In this document: positions 18,311-35,070 of the stretch, piece by piece
Position numbering within the stretch: position 1 is the stretch's first letter
Layout: the number at the start of each line of letters is the position of its first letter
Source of the DNA: the human T2T-CHM13v2.0 reference genome, Homo sapiens
Strand: one strand, 5' to 3'
DNA length: 64,000 nucleotides
Assembly (NCBI RefSeq): GCF_009914755.1
Contig: NC_060930.1
Translations under genes and position numbers: made by a program
The notes under the pieces: generated by a model
The model's input: the letters and a program-made list of their open reading frames with translations, nothing else
Told to the model about the DNA's origin: nothing
Database searches by the model: none

Positions 18311-21300
18311 AGTAACTTGCTTATATACACCAAACTTTCTATCTTTATCTCCCACTACTGTTTTTAATCCTCTTATACTTCAGCCTTCTTGGTTTGCTTC
18401 CCAACTCAGAGTTTGCCCTTATTTCCTGCCTTTGGTCACACTTTACCTTCTACCTGTGCCTGTCGAAATTCTGCCCATTCTTCAGTGCCTAATTCAGTGT
18501 CTTCTTTTTCATAAAACTTTGTATGAGTCCTCCAAGCCCAAAAGAATTCCCCTCTCCTCTAATAGCATTTTATTTGTATGTCATTTTCTTACATCATAAT
18601 TATATTTGACTTATCGCATTGTAAGTTGCGTGAGGACAGATGGTGTTTTATTTATCCCTTTATCATTTGTAGCAACTAACTACAGTGCTTTGTACATGGT
18701 CAAGTACATATGAAACAAATTATATCAAGTGATATTTTTTACTGGGTCAGAATCAGAGCCTCTGGTGGTGGCAAGAGGTGATTTGAGAGAGCTTGATACT
18801 ATCTCTTACAACATCTATCTAATAAGATTAGGAAGGTATATTTGAGAGACTATTATCTTCAGTTTGCTCCCCCTCCTAGGACACAACTAATTCATTAAAG
18901 ATCTTATCTAAGTTGTGACAAACAGCACTTTGTTCATCTTAAGATAATTTCATTCCAATGTTCCATATTTTTAGTAGTCTCTAATCTAGTAATTGATAAT
19001 AGTAATTGAATTTCTTGGCAAACAAAAGAAGACCTAAATTTTAGGTATCAAAATTATTTTTATTTTATACTTTAAGATTTCTTTTATAATGTATTAAAAA
19101 GTAAAAGTACTTTTAAAAATTTGTGCCCAACTTCAAGAGCATTTTAATTTTTTTGATAACTATGATAATTCAGATAATTTGTTGAACTATAAGATTGATA
19201 TAGTAAGTTTGAAATTTCACTTGAATCTGAACTGATTCGAGGGCTTCTATCTATTTAATTGTTTCCTTTCCCCATACCCATTTCTTTAATAAGTGGATTA
19301 TGTAAAAACAGCTTGGCACCTTGTTACCAGTAACATCTTAGTTTTACCCACAAGTTTGGAGATTTTACACTCCCTTTTTGAGATAGAAACATGTATAAAT
19401 TTCCACAGAGTAATAGTGGAACAGTGTTAACAGTGCTATCTTGATATGCAATTTATTATTAAATCAAAGTTTGAAGTAGCCCTTTTTAAAAGGACTTTAA
19501 AAACATATTCCTGATTAAGGAAGTTTTCCTGATCATTTTTATTCCTGTTTTCTTAACATGCTTTTTATTTTATTTCATTGTTGGTAGCTAGGTCATGCAC
19601 TGTGACAGTTTTATAGTAGCTATCTTATTTGCATAGGTTTTTGGAGAACATATGATGGAATTTTAGGACATTGTCCTCAAAGACTTATTACATTCAGATT
19701 AGCTATTTAAAACTGTTTTGTATTTGTGGCTGTGGTGCCAGATAACAAGGTCTAATTTAATATATTTTAGCATTTGTGACTTGAGTAGTTTGCAAGAGAC
19801 AATGTAGGAAATAAATTTCTCTAGTAGAAAGAAAGGGAAGCAATTGTTGATTCGGGTATCAAGCTGCCAGTTACTGGCTATTGACTTTGGGCTAACCACT
19901 TAAGTAACAATTCGATTTCCTTATTTGAAGACTATGGGGTTAGTGGGAAGGTTTTCAATAGCACTAGGATTTTGTCATTTTGTAATTAGTTTTTCTATGT
20001 GCTCTTTTCATACCCAACCATAGTTTTTACAGATCATTGAATTATCACATTGATTCTATCACATTAATTCTTTTGTTCTTAATTTACTTAAAGAACACGT
20101 TTTTACCCCTTGTGGGATTACTGGTAAATATAACATTGAATTTCTTTTTTTCCCCAATAGATGCAATATAGGAATGTACTTATATTCTCCTTAATTTAGA
20201 AATTCATTTTAAAATAAAAGATTAATTTACCTCATAATAATGCAAAGTTGTTTTTTTTTTTTTTTTTAGGTTTTCTTTTTTTGAGTGCTTGGTTGTTTGG
20301 AGCTTAGTTGTTTTTTTGGTGGGATGCGTGAGAGATTTCTAAAATAGTGCTTTTAAACATTTGCCACAGCTCCATGGATAGTTTGTTTTAAAAAATACTT
20401 TCCCCCCCAACTTAGTCTTAAGTAGAATTTTTCTTCTAAAATTGAACAGTGGAGTCAATTATTTTATTTGTCCACCTTCTCCCTGCCTGGGGTACTGTTT
20501 CTTTAACTGGTGTTAACCAACCCTCTGTGTCCATGAATGTATTCTGAGAGTTCTCACATTTTCTATGAGATTTAAAATTTGGGGTTTTACTGTCAACGAT
20601 AATCTTGAGAAGGTAATATAAGCTTTTTCTGGGTCATCTGAATCATTTGCCATGCAACTAGATACTACCACATGGTAAAATTAGTGTTGGTGTTTATTAT
20701 TGTGTTCATGGTAATGTGAAGGCCAACTACTTCATATTATCTGAAGTGTATGAGGCTTTCACTGAGATTCAAATAACAAACAGTGCTAGGAGCATCCCTG
20801 CTTGCCACACCCAAAAGAACCTGCATTATAGAGATAACATTCAAGTTGTAGGCAGAAGAAAGATTACATTTTTTAATAGAGCAACTTGTAACAATCATTA
20901 GAAGTAAGTGTATCAGTAAGTACAAAAAGAATTTTCTATACTTGCTTCTAGTGATAATTGAATAAGGCACACATATAATGCAGAATTCAATATGGCTGTG
21001 ATACCAACCATATCTTTAAGTGACTTCCTTAAATTAGTGTTCAAGGACTGCTTGTTAGTGGTTTTGTTTGGAACGAGGTCTGATTATCCTTAACTGGTTA
21101 AGGAAGCCATGAGGTTATCAGTACTGTTGTGTACAGTGCATTTAGGTGAATAGGTATTCTTTTCATTAGAATGATTAAAGTAAAAACAAAAACAGAAAGA
21201 GATTAAATATATTATCAAACTCAAAGCTTTGTTGGTGTTGACATTTCAGCAGAAAACCGTTGTTCATTATGCCATATTTTTTACTGTTAATTTGAATTTA

Positions 21301-21867
21301 ATTGGTTAGGTAGTTACTTTTGTATTTAATTTATAAATTTGTTTTGGCTTTGTCTTTTTATCAGGGTAATAAATGCTAAGTTTTGTTTTGTATGTATTAA
21401 AATAACATATTAAAAGTGGTTTAAGTTGGCATTAGGAGTGTAAGAACACATTTTTCCCTTAAAAGTTGTATATCTAGTACTTGGTTTGAGAAACCTCAGT
21501 CTATGATACTGAACATTATTGTATCATAATCATGATAGCTAACCTTCAACTAGATGTTTTCTATTTCATTTTCTATGGGTTGCTTAAAATTGTGACTTTT
21601 CTCCTTTTCTGTCATTAAAAAAATTAATTTCTCTAATACATGGCTACCTAAAATCATGACATAATCCACTGATCTGTGTGTGGGTAGTTGCATATTCAAA
21701 ATATTGTTATCTGGCCTGATTTTTAGTTTCTGTGATTTTTGACTGTCATTTCTATTTTAATATTACTATTTTGGGTTCATTTTTCATTCATTCATACATT
21801 GAACAAATGTTTTTAAAATTCCACTATGTACAAGGGATTGTTCTAGGCACTGGAGATTATTGGGTGA

Positions 21868-22250
<383 letters not shown>

Positions 22251-23580
22251 TAAATGAAAAATTTCATGTTTATATTACATAGTACATATCTATTTCAACT
22301 AAACTAAATCTGTCTTGCTGACATATCTAGATATCTTAGTACTTGGTGTTACCACGTCATGATTGCCATAGACATAAATGTCTCTTTAGTCCAAAATGAT
22401 GGGTCTTTTAAGCTTGTTCATTCAAACGATATTACTGAAAGACTGGTAAATTCAAGAGGTTGTAGTAGGCACTATTGGACTACTGATGAAATGAATGAGA
22501 CAGTCTGTGTTCTTAGCAGAGGAGCTTAGAAATTTTAATCCAGTCACTGAACCCTTGAAACTAATTTGGGCTTTGCTGTGTGTTGACATTGTTGTATCTA
22601 TACCCAGAATTGCAGACTCATTGATTACAGAGGGGCTTTTGCATTTAATAAACATTCATTCAGTAAGCATTTACTAAGCACATACATTTGTTTCTGGTTG
22701 ATTTTTATCTTCTTTAATTTGTCTCTTAGCCATTACGATGACCCAGATATCTTGCCTTGGAGTGTTCAGAATAATAGGGTAGAATCTGTAGGACAAGGTT
22801 CACAAACAGCTATTTCTAAACAATGCTTCTTGGAGGTAACAATTTGAAGAATATTGTTGTAGGATAATTATAATTATAGGTAAACTTCCTAAATCTGGAA
22901 ACCTTGGAACCTGTCATATTCTAGAACCATAAAAATAGTGCTGCTTTAAAGCAAAAGCAGAATTAGATAGAGGGAGATGTCCAGAAGAGATGCAAGACCA
23001 ATGACAGCCTTGGCCAACCCTGTGGGATCTGTGCAATCAGAATGACTCTTTTGCCAACTAGTTGTCCCTAGTTGGGCTGAAATGACCAGGCCTTTGTACT
23101 CTCACACTGATCAATCAGTGGATGGGAGATGCCAAGCATGACCTCAGTCTAGGAAGTTCACTGCAGATAAAACAGACCCTAAAGGGTGTGATAGCTGAAG
23201 TGCTGATATCTGTCAGCCAACAGATTTCTTAGTAACCAAGGCAACATGGTGGGTGATCTTCACAAATGGGTGATCTGGGCTTCATGCATCATAGTGTTCA
23301 CCCTAGGCAGTAAACTGTGACGATTACCTTGATGACAGGATTGCTTATTCAGTGTTCTTTTTCATTTTCTACCTCTGGATCATGAGTAGCCTAATTTACG
23401 ATGCTAATATGTGGTGGATTAGGTGTGAGTAAGGGGAACACCATTTTCCCTTTACTACTTTCAACTTAGGTGTTAATATTTGGTAACTCTAATAATAAGG
23501 TGACTATAACCCTTGGTTTACCCAGGTTAGTCCTGTTTGCCTAGAAATACCCAGTTTAAGCCTGTTGAAAATCAGTTAGC

Positions 23581-23762
23581 TTAGGAGAAATACCTAATGT
23601 AAATGATGAGTTAATGGGTGCAGCACACCAGCATGGCACATGTATACATATGTAACAAACCTGCACATTGTGCACATGTACCCTAGAACTTAAAGTATAA
23701 AAAAACCCAAAAAAACAACAAAAAAACTATCTTCTCAACTAGTACAGAGACTAGATTAAAAA
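23581..23762 (+). mobile_element. Very short L1PA 3'-UTR insertion with extra 3' sequence
   Basis: ttaggagaaatacctaatgtaaatgatgag...cctagaacttaaagtataa; TSD aaaatcagttagc at 23568-23580 and 23763-23775. Confidence 0.9.
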
Positions 23763-24489
23763 AAAATCAGTTAGCATCTAACATCTGTTAATTATTTTTA
23801 GTAACTCCTCACAGTCTCAGAAGTATCCCAGTTTGTATCCCAATACAAGATAAACTGTATTGTCATTCTACTTAGTAATTTTTTAAATTTGCGTGCATAT
23901 TCATTATTTAAGCATTTTTCTGGCCTGTCTAATGAATAGAATGTTCTGTTTTCCATTTTTTAAGAGGCAGAAATGGTCTTCTGGATTAGCTTTGTATTTT
24001 TGCTTTAGTTGACCCTAAAACAAATGCGTTTTATCTTTATCAAATTTTTCATCATCAAGCTTTAATATATTGTGAAATCACAACATATTCTATCAAGTAT
24101 ACTATGACTGAAATTACTGGATGTATTATTTATTTCTGTCTCCCACTGTTACAATTGTGTCTATAATGACTTTTATTTCCCTGGTTTATTTTGTAGCTTA
24201 GTCACAAATATTTATGTTCTTATTTATCTTTCTGCTCAGAGACTGGGACCTGAGCTGTTTCCCTGATGGAGTCAATCATTTTCCAGAAGGATATTCCGAC
24301 CTATTCAAATCTAGGTCCTGAGGAAACACAACTTGCTTAGAAATAGACAGTTTTAAATCTGCTTTTACAGAAATCTTTTACAGAAATCCATAATGGAAAG
24401 AAGAAATTTAATTTTATCCCAGATAGATTTAATAACTTGCAGATCTACTTTGTTCATAGATAAACTCTAAAACTAATTAAAGCTTCTGA

Positions 24490-24866
<377 letters not shown>

Positions 24867-26954
24867 TTCTTTTTCTTAATTGTTTCTCTGCCCTCTTTTC
24901 CCTATTTTTCTGGTCTATAGTTGTGGCTGAATGTTAGATAGGGAATAGGGTTCACTGGTGGACTCAATTTTACCCATTTCTAATTGCTTAGCAAGAGGAG
25001 TCACCTGCTGATTTTAATATGAAGTTTAGTATTGTGTAATGGACAATATCTTTAACAGATGGTGTACTGCCAGTGATGTAGAACTTCTTAATCATGCTCC
25101 CTTTACAAAAGAAGAACACTATTAGAAAGCGATGGTATGATTTTATACTTGATCTTCAACAAGTGAGAAATTGATAAGTCAAATATACAGTCAGCCATCT
25201 GGCATTCCACACATGTTTTCATTGACTTGGGAGATCATGGAGTTATACAAAGCAGGAGTAGCACAATATAAGAAAATGGCATGTTATAGAAATATTTATT
25301 TCTTTTATTTTAGTTATCTATACTATTGATCAGCAACAAGTTTATCAGAAATTTTCATTTTATTCAGCTATCTGAGTTTAGAAAGAAGTAATTCAGATGG
25401 TATTTACTTTTTTTTGCCCAATCAAAGCTGCTAGGCATTGAGGAACTGTTTCAGAGTGGGCATAGTTTTTTCCTTCACATGAGGTCAAAGCCACTAACCA
25501 CTGAATTAAACATTTGCTGAGCTTGGTTTGCAGCACTTTGATTGATATAGATTCCTTCTTGCAACTTCTTTGAGCCTCCGAAACTTACTGTGTCATTATA
25601 GACCCCAACTGCCTTTAAAAGATAGGAATTTCAACATCCTACAATTTAGTCATCATTTGGATGAATGACTTAAATTATTATATATTTTAGGAATATTAAT
25701 TTTTTATACTACCTGAGCTAAGCTGTGTGAAATTATTATCTTATGACATACACACTATTTAATATATTGAATTTCAGAAAGTTGGTTCCAAATATCAAAT
25801 AGCTGAGTAGAAAGTAGAAAAAGACAATCCAGTTGCTGAGAATGGGGCAGAAAAAAAAAATGTGATTTCTAAATCCAAAGAAACTAGCTCCCCTTATCTA
25901 ATTTATCCTTTCAAACTAAAAATATGTTAAATGCTGTCAGTGTGCCGGGTAAGTAAGTGCTAAGCACTGACACTCCCCCTCCTTGTCCTTATGGACCTCA
26001 GGCTGATCCTCTTTGTTCCCAGCCTGGCTCACTGTCACTCTCTCCAGCATTCCTGTCAGTGTCCACATGGATGGTCTTTTCAATATTCTGGCTTCTCAGC
26101 TTCTTATCCTTTTCTTCTCTGGTGATCTTATCCTCCATCCTACATCAGCTTTTCATTCTTACAGCCATACTCTTGTCATTAGCAATAACAGTGGTCTCTG
26201 CATAATCTCAGTTTGAAGCATCCTCAACTCTGATTAGCATTTTGAATCTCACTGTAGCTCACTGCTTCTAGTACCTCCATTCCAACAATCTTTTGACCTT
26301 ATTGATTCTTAAAAGCCACGGATTTTACCACCTTGTTGCTGTCTTTCATTTCCCTGATTACCTTTCTTTCTTTTACATCCAGTTTAAATTTCATGTCAAT
26401 ATTTGCTTGGCAAAATCTAATTCTAGTTAAATCCATCTCTCTGTGTAAATCCTGAGCTGAATGTCACTGGAGCAAAACATGCCATGATGCAACTGGTCTT
26501 TAAGTTCAAGGCTGGGAAGTTCCGGGGCACTCATGTTGCCTGCCATCATGCTGCATGTTCCGGGTCCATTCGGTCTTCCATTCTCCCAGATGACTATTTC
26601 ATACTTTTTTCCCCCTCCTCAAAACAGCTTCTCCCATCCTTATTGTTAGGTAATAATTTAGTTTTGCATTTTACTGAAAGGATAGATGCCACTAATAAGA
26701 ACTTGGATAAGCTCTTATCACTGCATATATCCATGTACCACCATCAATGCCCATATGCCTTCTTTCCTCCTGCACTCTGAAAGAATGTAAGGGTTCCTAT
26801 CAACCCCTCCACAGTAGATCCCTTCTTCTCTTGTCACCTTTTCAAAGACACGGTTCCAGTTATTATTCCTTCTCTCCATTTTATTAATTTTCTCAAAATA
26901 ATCAGTGTTCTCTTCTCTACTGATCATTCCCATCAGCCTGCAAATATGCTGTTA

Positions 26955-27278
<324 letters not shown>

Positions 27279-27341
27279 ACTCTCTTGACCCCATATTCCC
27301 CTCTAGTGACTGCTCCCTTTCTCTTCTCTTCTCTCTCTCTC

Positions 27342-27614
27342 TTTTTTTTTTAAGACAGAATTTCACTCTGTTGCCCAGGGTGGAGTGCAGTGGTGCCATC
27401 TCAGCTCACTGCAGCCTTGACCTCCTGGGTTCAAATGATCCTCCCACCTTAGCCTCCTGAGTAGCTGGGACTACAGGCACGTGCCACCACACCCGGCTAA
27501 TGTTTTTATTGTATTTTTTGTAGAGATGGGGTTTTGCTGTAGGGTCTTGAACTCCTGGGCTCAAGTGATTCTCCGAAAGTGGTGGGATTACAGGTGTGAG
27601 CCATAGCGCCTGGC
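27342..27614 (-). mobile_element. AluJ-type
   Basis: Reverse-strand Alu with cactgcagccttgacctcc and deletions in the left arm. Confidence 0.9.
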
Positions 27615-30600
27615 TTCTTCTCTCTTTTATAGCACCGTTTCTCCATATAATTGTCACTACTCATTGTCTTCAATTTCTCTGCTTCTATTCTCTATTCTCA
27701 CTTGAAGTCACTGCAATTAAGCTTTTTTTTTTTTTTTCTCTTCTCTCCTACTTTGCAGAAACGGTCATGTTAAGGTCACCAATGATAAAATCCTCAGTCC
27801 TCATCTCACTTTTTAATAGCAGTATAGACACAAGTTAATCACTCTTTTCTTGGAAACACTTCCTTTTGGGACAACACATTCTCCTCCTGGTTTTCCTCCA
27901 AACTCTGGCTTGTTTTCCTTCTCAACTTGGCTGATTTATGTCTCACCTGCTTGTCTTGTTAACATTGGAGTATCCAGGCTACAATCTTAGATCTCTTCTT
28001 TTCTCTCTATTTAAATTTACTAGGTAATCTTATCCCATCCCTTGTTATTAAATGCTGTCTTTATGCTGAAGACTTCCAACTTATATCCAACAGTCTAATT
28101 GATAGCTCTACCTGAATATCTGAGGGCATCTCAAAGTAAACATCTCCAAACCTGAGCTGCTGATCTCTCACCCAACATGCTTCTTCACAGTTTTCCCTTT
28201 CTCAGTTACTGGGAACTCTGTCCTTCAGGTTACCCAGGCCAAAAGACTTTGAATCATCCTTAGTATTGCTGTGACTCATACTGCACATCCATTTCATCAG
28301 CAAATCCTTTTAGCTCTATCTTTAGAGTATATCCAGAGTCTCACACCATTTCTCCACCTTCTCTGCTATTATGCATTGTTATCTCTTACTGGGATTATTG
28401 CAGTAGCAGATAATCAATCTTGCTGTGTCCACCCTTGCTATTGACAGGCTATTCACCAAATACGAGTCAGAAGGATCCTGTTGAAATGCAGCTCAGAGAA
28501 TGGCATGACCGTACTCAAGAACTTCCTGTTTTTCTCACTCACCTGCTCTCTGACTCGCTCTCACAGTAAAAGAGGGTTTACAATGTCCTCCAGGGCCCTG
28601 CTTGATCATCTACCCATTCCATCCTGTAACTCCTTGACTTTATCTCCTACTACTCTTTCTTTTACTCTAGACCAGGCAATCTGGACTCCTTGCCCTTCCT
28701 CTGATATATTAAACATTTTCTTACCCCATGGTTTTTGTACTTGATGGTCGCTCTGCCCAGAATATTTATTCTCTCAGATATATGCATGGTACACATCCTC
28801 ATTTATTTAAACCCTTTGCTTAACTGTCACCTCTCAGTGGGGTCTTCCCAATGTCCTTAAAAATCATAGTAGTTTCCCTCCCTCCATCACCTACTCCCCT
28901 GGTTCATCATCTAACAAACTAAATATTTCCTTCATTTATTTTGTTTTTATTGCATTTCTTGTGACTAGAATGTAAACATTCATGAGGAATGTTTTCGTTT
29001 TGTTTGCTGCTGTTAGGAAAGTGTCTGTATAATATTAAGTAGTTTAAAAACATTTGTTGAATAAATGTATGAATTATTATAGTCTTTTCAGTGTTATAAT
29101 TTTTCTATTACACATAAGAAATGGAGCCTTAGAGTGTTTAGTAATCCGTGGAGGTAACACTTAAACCCAGGTCTTTCTTGGCTCATAGTGCAGTCACTCA
29201 TGTATTTTTTCATCTATCAGGACACTTACAGGGTACTACAGGAACTTTACATTGGATGAATTGCATTATAAGATAGAGGAAGTCATCAATATTGTGTGTC
29301 TTATTTGTGCTCTTCTCCTCAATCAGTATCTGGGAGAAAATAGAAACCGATTTTTAACAGTTCATGTTGAAGCACTTTTTGCTACATCATAGAAACTTGT
29401 CAGAGAGACTTGTTAAACTATTTCCTCAAATCAAACATGTTTTGGGGTAAGAGAGTTCTGAGAAACTCACTTTTTTCTGCTTTCTATTGGCAACAAGGCT
29501 ATATTTCTTACCGAGATGAAAAATATCTAAATCCCATGAACTAGCAAGGAATCAATAAGAATGCTGCTAGTTTGGTTAAGGTGGTTCAGGTATTCCAGGG
29601 CTGTGAATTCCATGGGAGACAGCTGGAATTTACGTTCATTTTCTACCACTGAGTTTTTGGTTCACTGGAATCATAGATTTTCAAAGATTATCAAGCTACT
29701 CACAGTCAAATAGGGAATTGATGAGGAATAGAGGTCACAATTTCAGAAGATAGTCACAGATCATGATGAGTATGAATCATGCTTTCAGTTTTTGCAGCTG
29801 CTTATAGCCTGGCAAACTACAGGATGTGTCTGGTCGGCATTTCCCAACACCTGCCCCATGTTTCGTTCATATTCAAAGGAAATGATTAAGCTAAAAGTGA
29901 ATTCTATATATGAAAAAGAACTGGTATCCTTGGATTATGGAAGTGAAATATGAATACCAGGTTTCTCCCAAAACATTTGGTTACATGGCCAGACTGTGGC
30001 TATTGTCTTTGTCCACCCAGAATCCTGAAATTATAATTTCTAATGAAATTCTGGCATGAGCTGAGAGGTGGTGAAACGTCAAGTGAGAATTGAATTATAC
30101 GCTAATAAAATTGTACCTAGTGGTTCGAATGGATCGTCTAAAGGGTTTATCAAACTTCTCTAATTTGAAGGGTCTCAAACTCCAAAATCTGCCTCCTTGT
30201 TGGTGGGCACAGCTCTTTTAACTGGGAGAGATTATTTGCTGCTGGGCTTTTGGAGTGTCCTGTGGGCACAAGTGTTGGCAAGGATTTGATCAGTTTTTGC
30301 ACAGATTTTGGGGCTCCTCCATGCTGTGCCCTTCTTTTAGGGATTTAGTCTCTCAATTTTCAACCACTGGTAGCCACAGACTATTTTCTGACACCTCAGA
30401 TCAACCAGACTGAGTCTATTTGTTTGAATTTTAGCTGTCCTGACTCATAGACTGGGGAGTCCTTTTGCAGGACAAGGCTTATGAACGTCATGGTCATCCA
30501 CTGGGCTTAATTTCTTTCAAGAGTCAAGACTCCAGTTTATGCCTACTTTTGGCCCTTCAATGCCTTTAAATAGTTGTTTGTTTTATTTTGCCCAGAGTTT

Positions 30601-30785
30601 ATAATCATTAAATGTGGAAAGGATAGTCTGAAAAACGCAACTCTGACATTACGTTCAGAACCTCAATAAGATATTTTGTATAGTTTTTTCATTATTATTC
30701 AATTTAAAATACCACTTTCTAATTTTCATTATAGTTTCTTCTTTGAGCTGTGAGTTACTTAGCTATTTATTAAAAAAAATTTCTA

Positions 30786-31080
30786 GCCAGGCCCGGTAGC
30801 TCATGCCTGTAATCCCAGCACCGTGGGAGGTCGAGGCGGGTGGATCACCTGAGGTCAGGAGTTCGAGACCAGCCTGGCCAACATGGTGAAACCCCGTCTT
30901 TCCTAAAAATACAAAAATTAGCTGGGTGTAGTGGTGGGCGCCTATAATCCCAGCTACTCGGGTGGCTGAGGCAGGAGAATGGCTTGAACTCAGGAGTCAG
31001 AGGTTGCAGTGAGCTGAGATTGCGCCATTGCACTCTAGCCTGGGTGACAAGAGCAAAACTCCATCTCAAAAAAAAAAAAA
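30786..31080 (+). mobile_element. AluSq-type
   Basis: Full dimer, gacaagagcaaaactcc diagnostic, A tail. Confidence 0.95.
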
Positions 31081-31822
31081 ATTCTAACATAAGAATTTTT
31101 TGAATGATCTTTTTATTGATTTCTAACTTAATTACACTATGGTCAGAGAATATATGTAATTTTCATCTTTTAAAATTTGTTGAGATTGGATTTGTAGTCC
31201 AGTATATGGTCAATTGATGTCAGTGTTTTCTGTTTAATTGAAAAGGATTTGTATTCTTTGCTTCTGGGTGCAGTGTCCTTTGTATGTCAGTTAGGCCATG
31301 TTTGTTGAACATGTTTAAATCATCTCTATTTTTCACACTCCCTCCTTTTTTTTGGTATGCCTTTTTTGTCAGTTATTAAGACTAGTACATTAAAAAATCA
31401 TCTCCCACTATGTGGTGATTTTGTCCATTTGTCCTTTTAGTTGTGTTGCTTTTTTCCATTTATTTGGAGCCCATTGTTAGATAAGTATAGATTTAGAATT
31501 ATTTATTTCTTGTGAATTGAACCCTTTAACAGTATGCGTTTTCCCTCTTTATCTCTGGTATGTTTTTTTCCTGAAAGTCTACTTTGCCTGCTATTAATAT
31601 AGTGACATCAACTTTCTTTTGGTTAGGTTTTTTATTGTCTATTTTTTCCTTCTTTTTTCTTTTTTTTAACAACCTTTCTCTGTCTTTAGAGTTTGTGTTT
31701 CCTTTCAAATAGTTGGGTTTTCCTTTCTTTTAAATTAGTGTGACAGTTTTTATTTTCATTGAAACATTAGATTACTTACAATTAATACAATTATTAATTG
31801 GATTTAAATAATTCACCTTACT

Positions 31823-31953
31823 ATTTTTTTTTAATAGAGACAGGTTTTCACTATGTTGGCCAGGTTGGTGTTGAACTCCTGGTCTCAAGTAATCCTCTTG
31901 CCTTGGCCTCCCAAACTGCTAGGATTACAGGTGTGAGCCACCGTGGCTAGCCA
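31823..31953 (-). mobile_element. Alu left monomer (FLAM-like)
   Basis: T tract followed by agagacaggttttcactatgttggccagg...tgagccaccgtggctagcc. Confidence 0.85.
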
Positions 31954-32087
31954 TACTCTTTATTTTCTGTTTCCTCTACCTGTTCTATACTTCTCCATCC
32001 CATTATTAGTTTACTGAATTTTTAAATGTATTATGCATGACATTACTCTCATTTGCCACATTAACCTTTTTTTCTTTTCTATTTTAA

Positions 32088-32231
<144 letters not shown>

Positions 32232-32359
32232 TGAACATTTCTAAGGTTGTTCATTCATTGAAATATTCAAGTATTGCCGCTACCCTTCCACCCACCCTTA
32301 CCTGCATTCTAAACATTTTATTATCCTTTTACTAATGTATTACAATTATAATTTTGTTA

Positions 32360-33465
<1,106 letters not shown>

Positions 33466-34221
33466 TGATTTCTATTTGATGTTTCCATTTTGATTCATTC
33501 TATTTAATATCTATGCTTATCTAGAGGAAAGAAAACAAACAGGATTCTTGGAATTTATGTGAACTTAACTGTATTTAAGAAGGGGAGGTTAGCAGTTCTT
33601 TTAAGTATGCTATCCAATGCCCAGTTTTACAGCAAGTTCTTTTTGAAGGAGGACTGGTTTTATAAACTCTGGCATTGATTAATTTTATAGACTTCAAAGA
33701 ATAAGACCAAGAACATAGTTGGTTTACCTCCCCTCTCTTTCAAAGCTTTATATTTCTTTCTAACTTAAGTCTTTCTCACTTAACTGATGATGGGGTGATT
33801 TTAATAAATCTTTTGTTTAGTCTGTATTTACCTCAAAGTCACAGGGATAACACTTTTGCTTTTAATGTATTTCTTACTTGTTAAAAAGACTAAGAGAAGA
33901 CTGTTACCTAGATTTTTTTTTTCTGTTTAAAGTTAGGTAATACTTGCTCAACCAATTAATTTTGAAGCATCTCCTTTTTATAACCTGTCTTTCACAAAAG
34001 CTTAGGTCTTTTGATGGTAAAAATATTTTGAGTTTTTTATGTCTTAATTTTTTGTATTATCTTTTCTGTTTCTGTTTACTGAATAAGCTTTTCAGGGGAT
34101 CATTGTAGAAACCCATAGATGTGTGAATCCAGAGATGTATATTTGTTTTTTGACCACATGAATTGATTGTGAGCATGTGTCTATGTTTTATTCTTTTTTT
34201 CTTATTTGTTTTTTCTACCAG

Positions 34222-34245
34222 ATCAAAGTTATAAGCTTATCTTAG
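34222..34245 (+). CDS. BCKDHB: Coding part of an alternative terminal exon in intron 5 (IKVISLS-stop), giving a truncated ~218-aa isoform
   Basis: Long U-rich tract ending ttttctaccAG (34220-34221), then ATC AAA GTT ATA AGC TTA TCT TAG in frame with exon 5. Matches my recollection of a short annotated BCKDHB isoform ending IKVISLS. Confidence 0.7.
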   Translation: MKVISLS

Positions 34246-34604
34246 TTGAGTAGATGTTGCCTGATTTTTGAATGTGAGCTAGAAGTTGTAGACTGGGAAA
34301 GAAGCCATGTGCGAGGCAAGTTATTTTTGTGCTTGAGCTAAACATTAATTCACATTTAATATTTATAACATTATATTGTTTTTAAGAACAGATCTTTTCT
34401 GTCTGTCCCCTGCCTTCTCTTTTCCTCCTTCATTTTCTTTCTTCCTCTTCCTTTTTCCTTTTTTTTTCAGCTGAAATGAAAATATACTTAAAGTACAAAA
34501 GGCTAATATGAAGAAAGCAGATGAAGGGAACTTAAAAAGTAGGAACATAAGATAAAGACATTGTGTGATATGGTTATTAATGTGTTCAGAGGTCCAGAAC
34601 AGAA

Positions 34605-34678
34605 AATAAAATTTTTTATACAGAAAATAGTGACATTTTTGCTGCTCTTTTATTTTTAAAATAAAACCCTTCAATAAA
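34605..34678 (+). terminator. Cluster of AATAAA polyadenylation signals for the alternative terminal exon
   Basis: AATAAA at 34605, 34660 and 34673, downstream of the IKVISLS stop. The region is AT-rich, so some may be chance matches. Confidence 0.5.
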
Positions 34679-34844
34679 AATGGCATAAAAATGGCTTTGA
34701 AAGCCAAATATAGTTTGCCTCAGGGAATCTTAAGTCTTTGTGGTAAGTTCAGGTTTATTTTAATAACTCTTCCTATATAATATTTGTCTTTAAACAATTA
34801 TAATCATTTAAAATTAGACAAAGTTTGTGATTTAAGTCAACATT

Positions 34845-35070
34845 AGATAGAAGTTAAGAGCTTGAGCTTTGGTATCAGTGGGAATTGGGTGAGACTCTTT
34901 GATCAAGCAAGTCGTGTGACCTTAGGCAAGCTACTTGTTCTCTCTAAACCTCAGTGTCTATTTCTAAAATGAGGAACATTATAATAGCTACCTAGTGGGG
35001 TTGCTATGAACAGATGAATTAATTCACAGAGTGCTTGGCCAAGTTTACACGTGTACTTCCTACTGTCATT
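34845..35070 (+). mobile_element. MIR SINE
   Basis: gtgtgaccttaggcaagctactt...ctcagtgtctatttctaaaatgagg. Confidence 0.75.

Larger units (their letters stand above)
30670..32000 (-). mobile_element. Ancient L1M ORF2 (endonuclease-region) fragments, interrupted by Alus
   Basis: ttgatttctaacttaattacactatggtcagagaa and ctgaaagtctactttgcctgctattaatatag motifs; reverse peptide NQKKVDVTILIAGKVDF. Confidence 0.7.
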
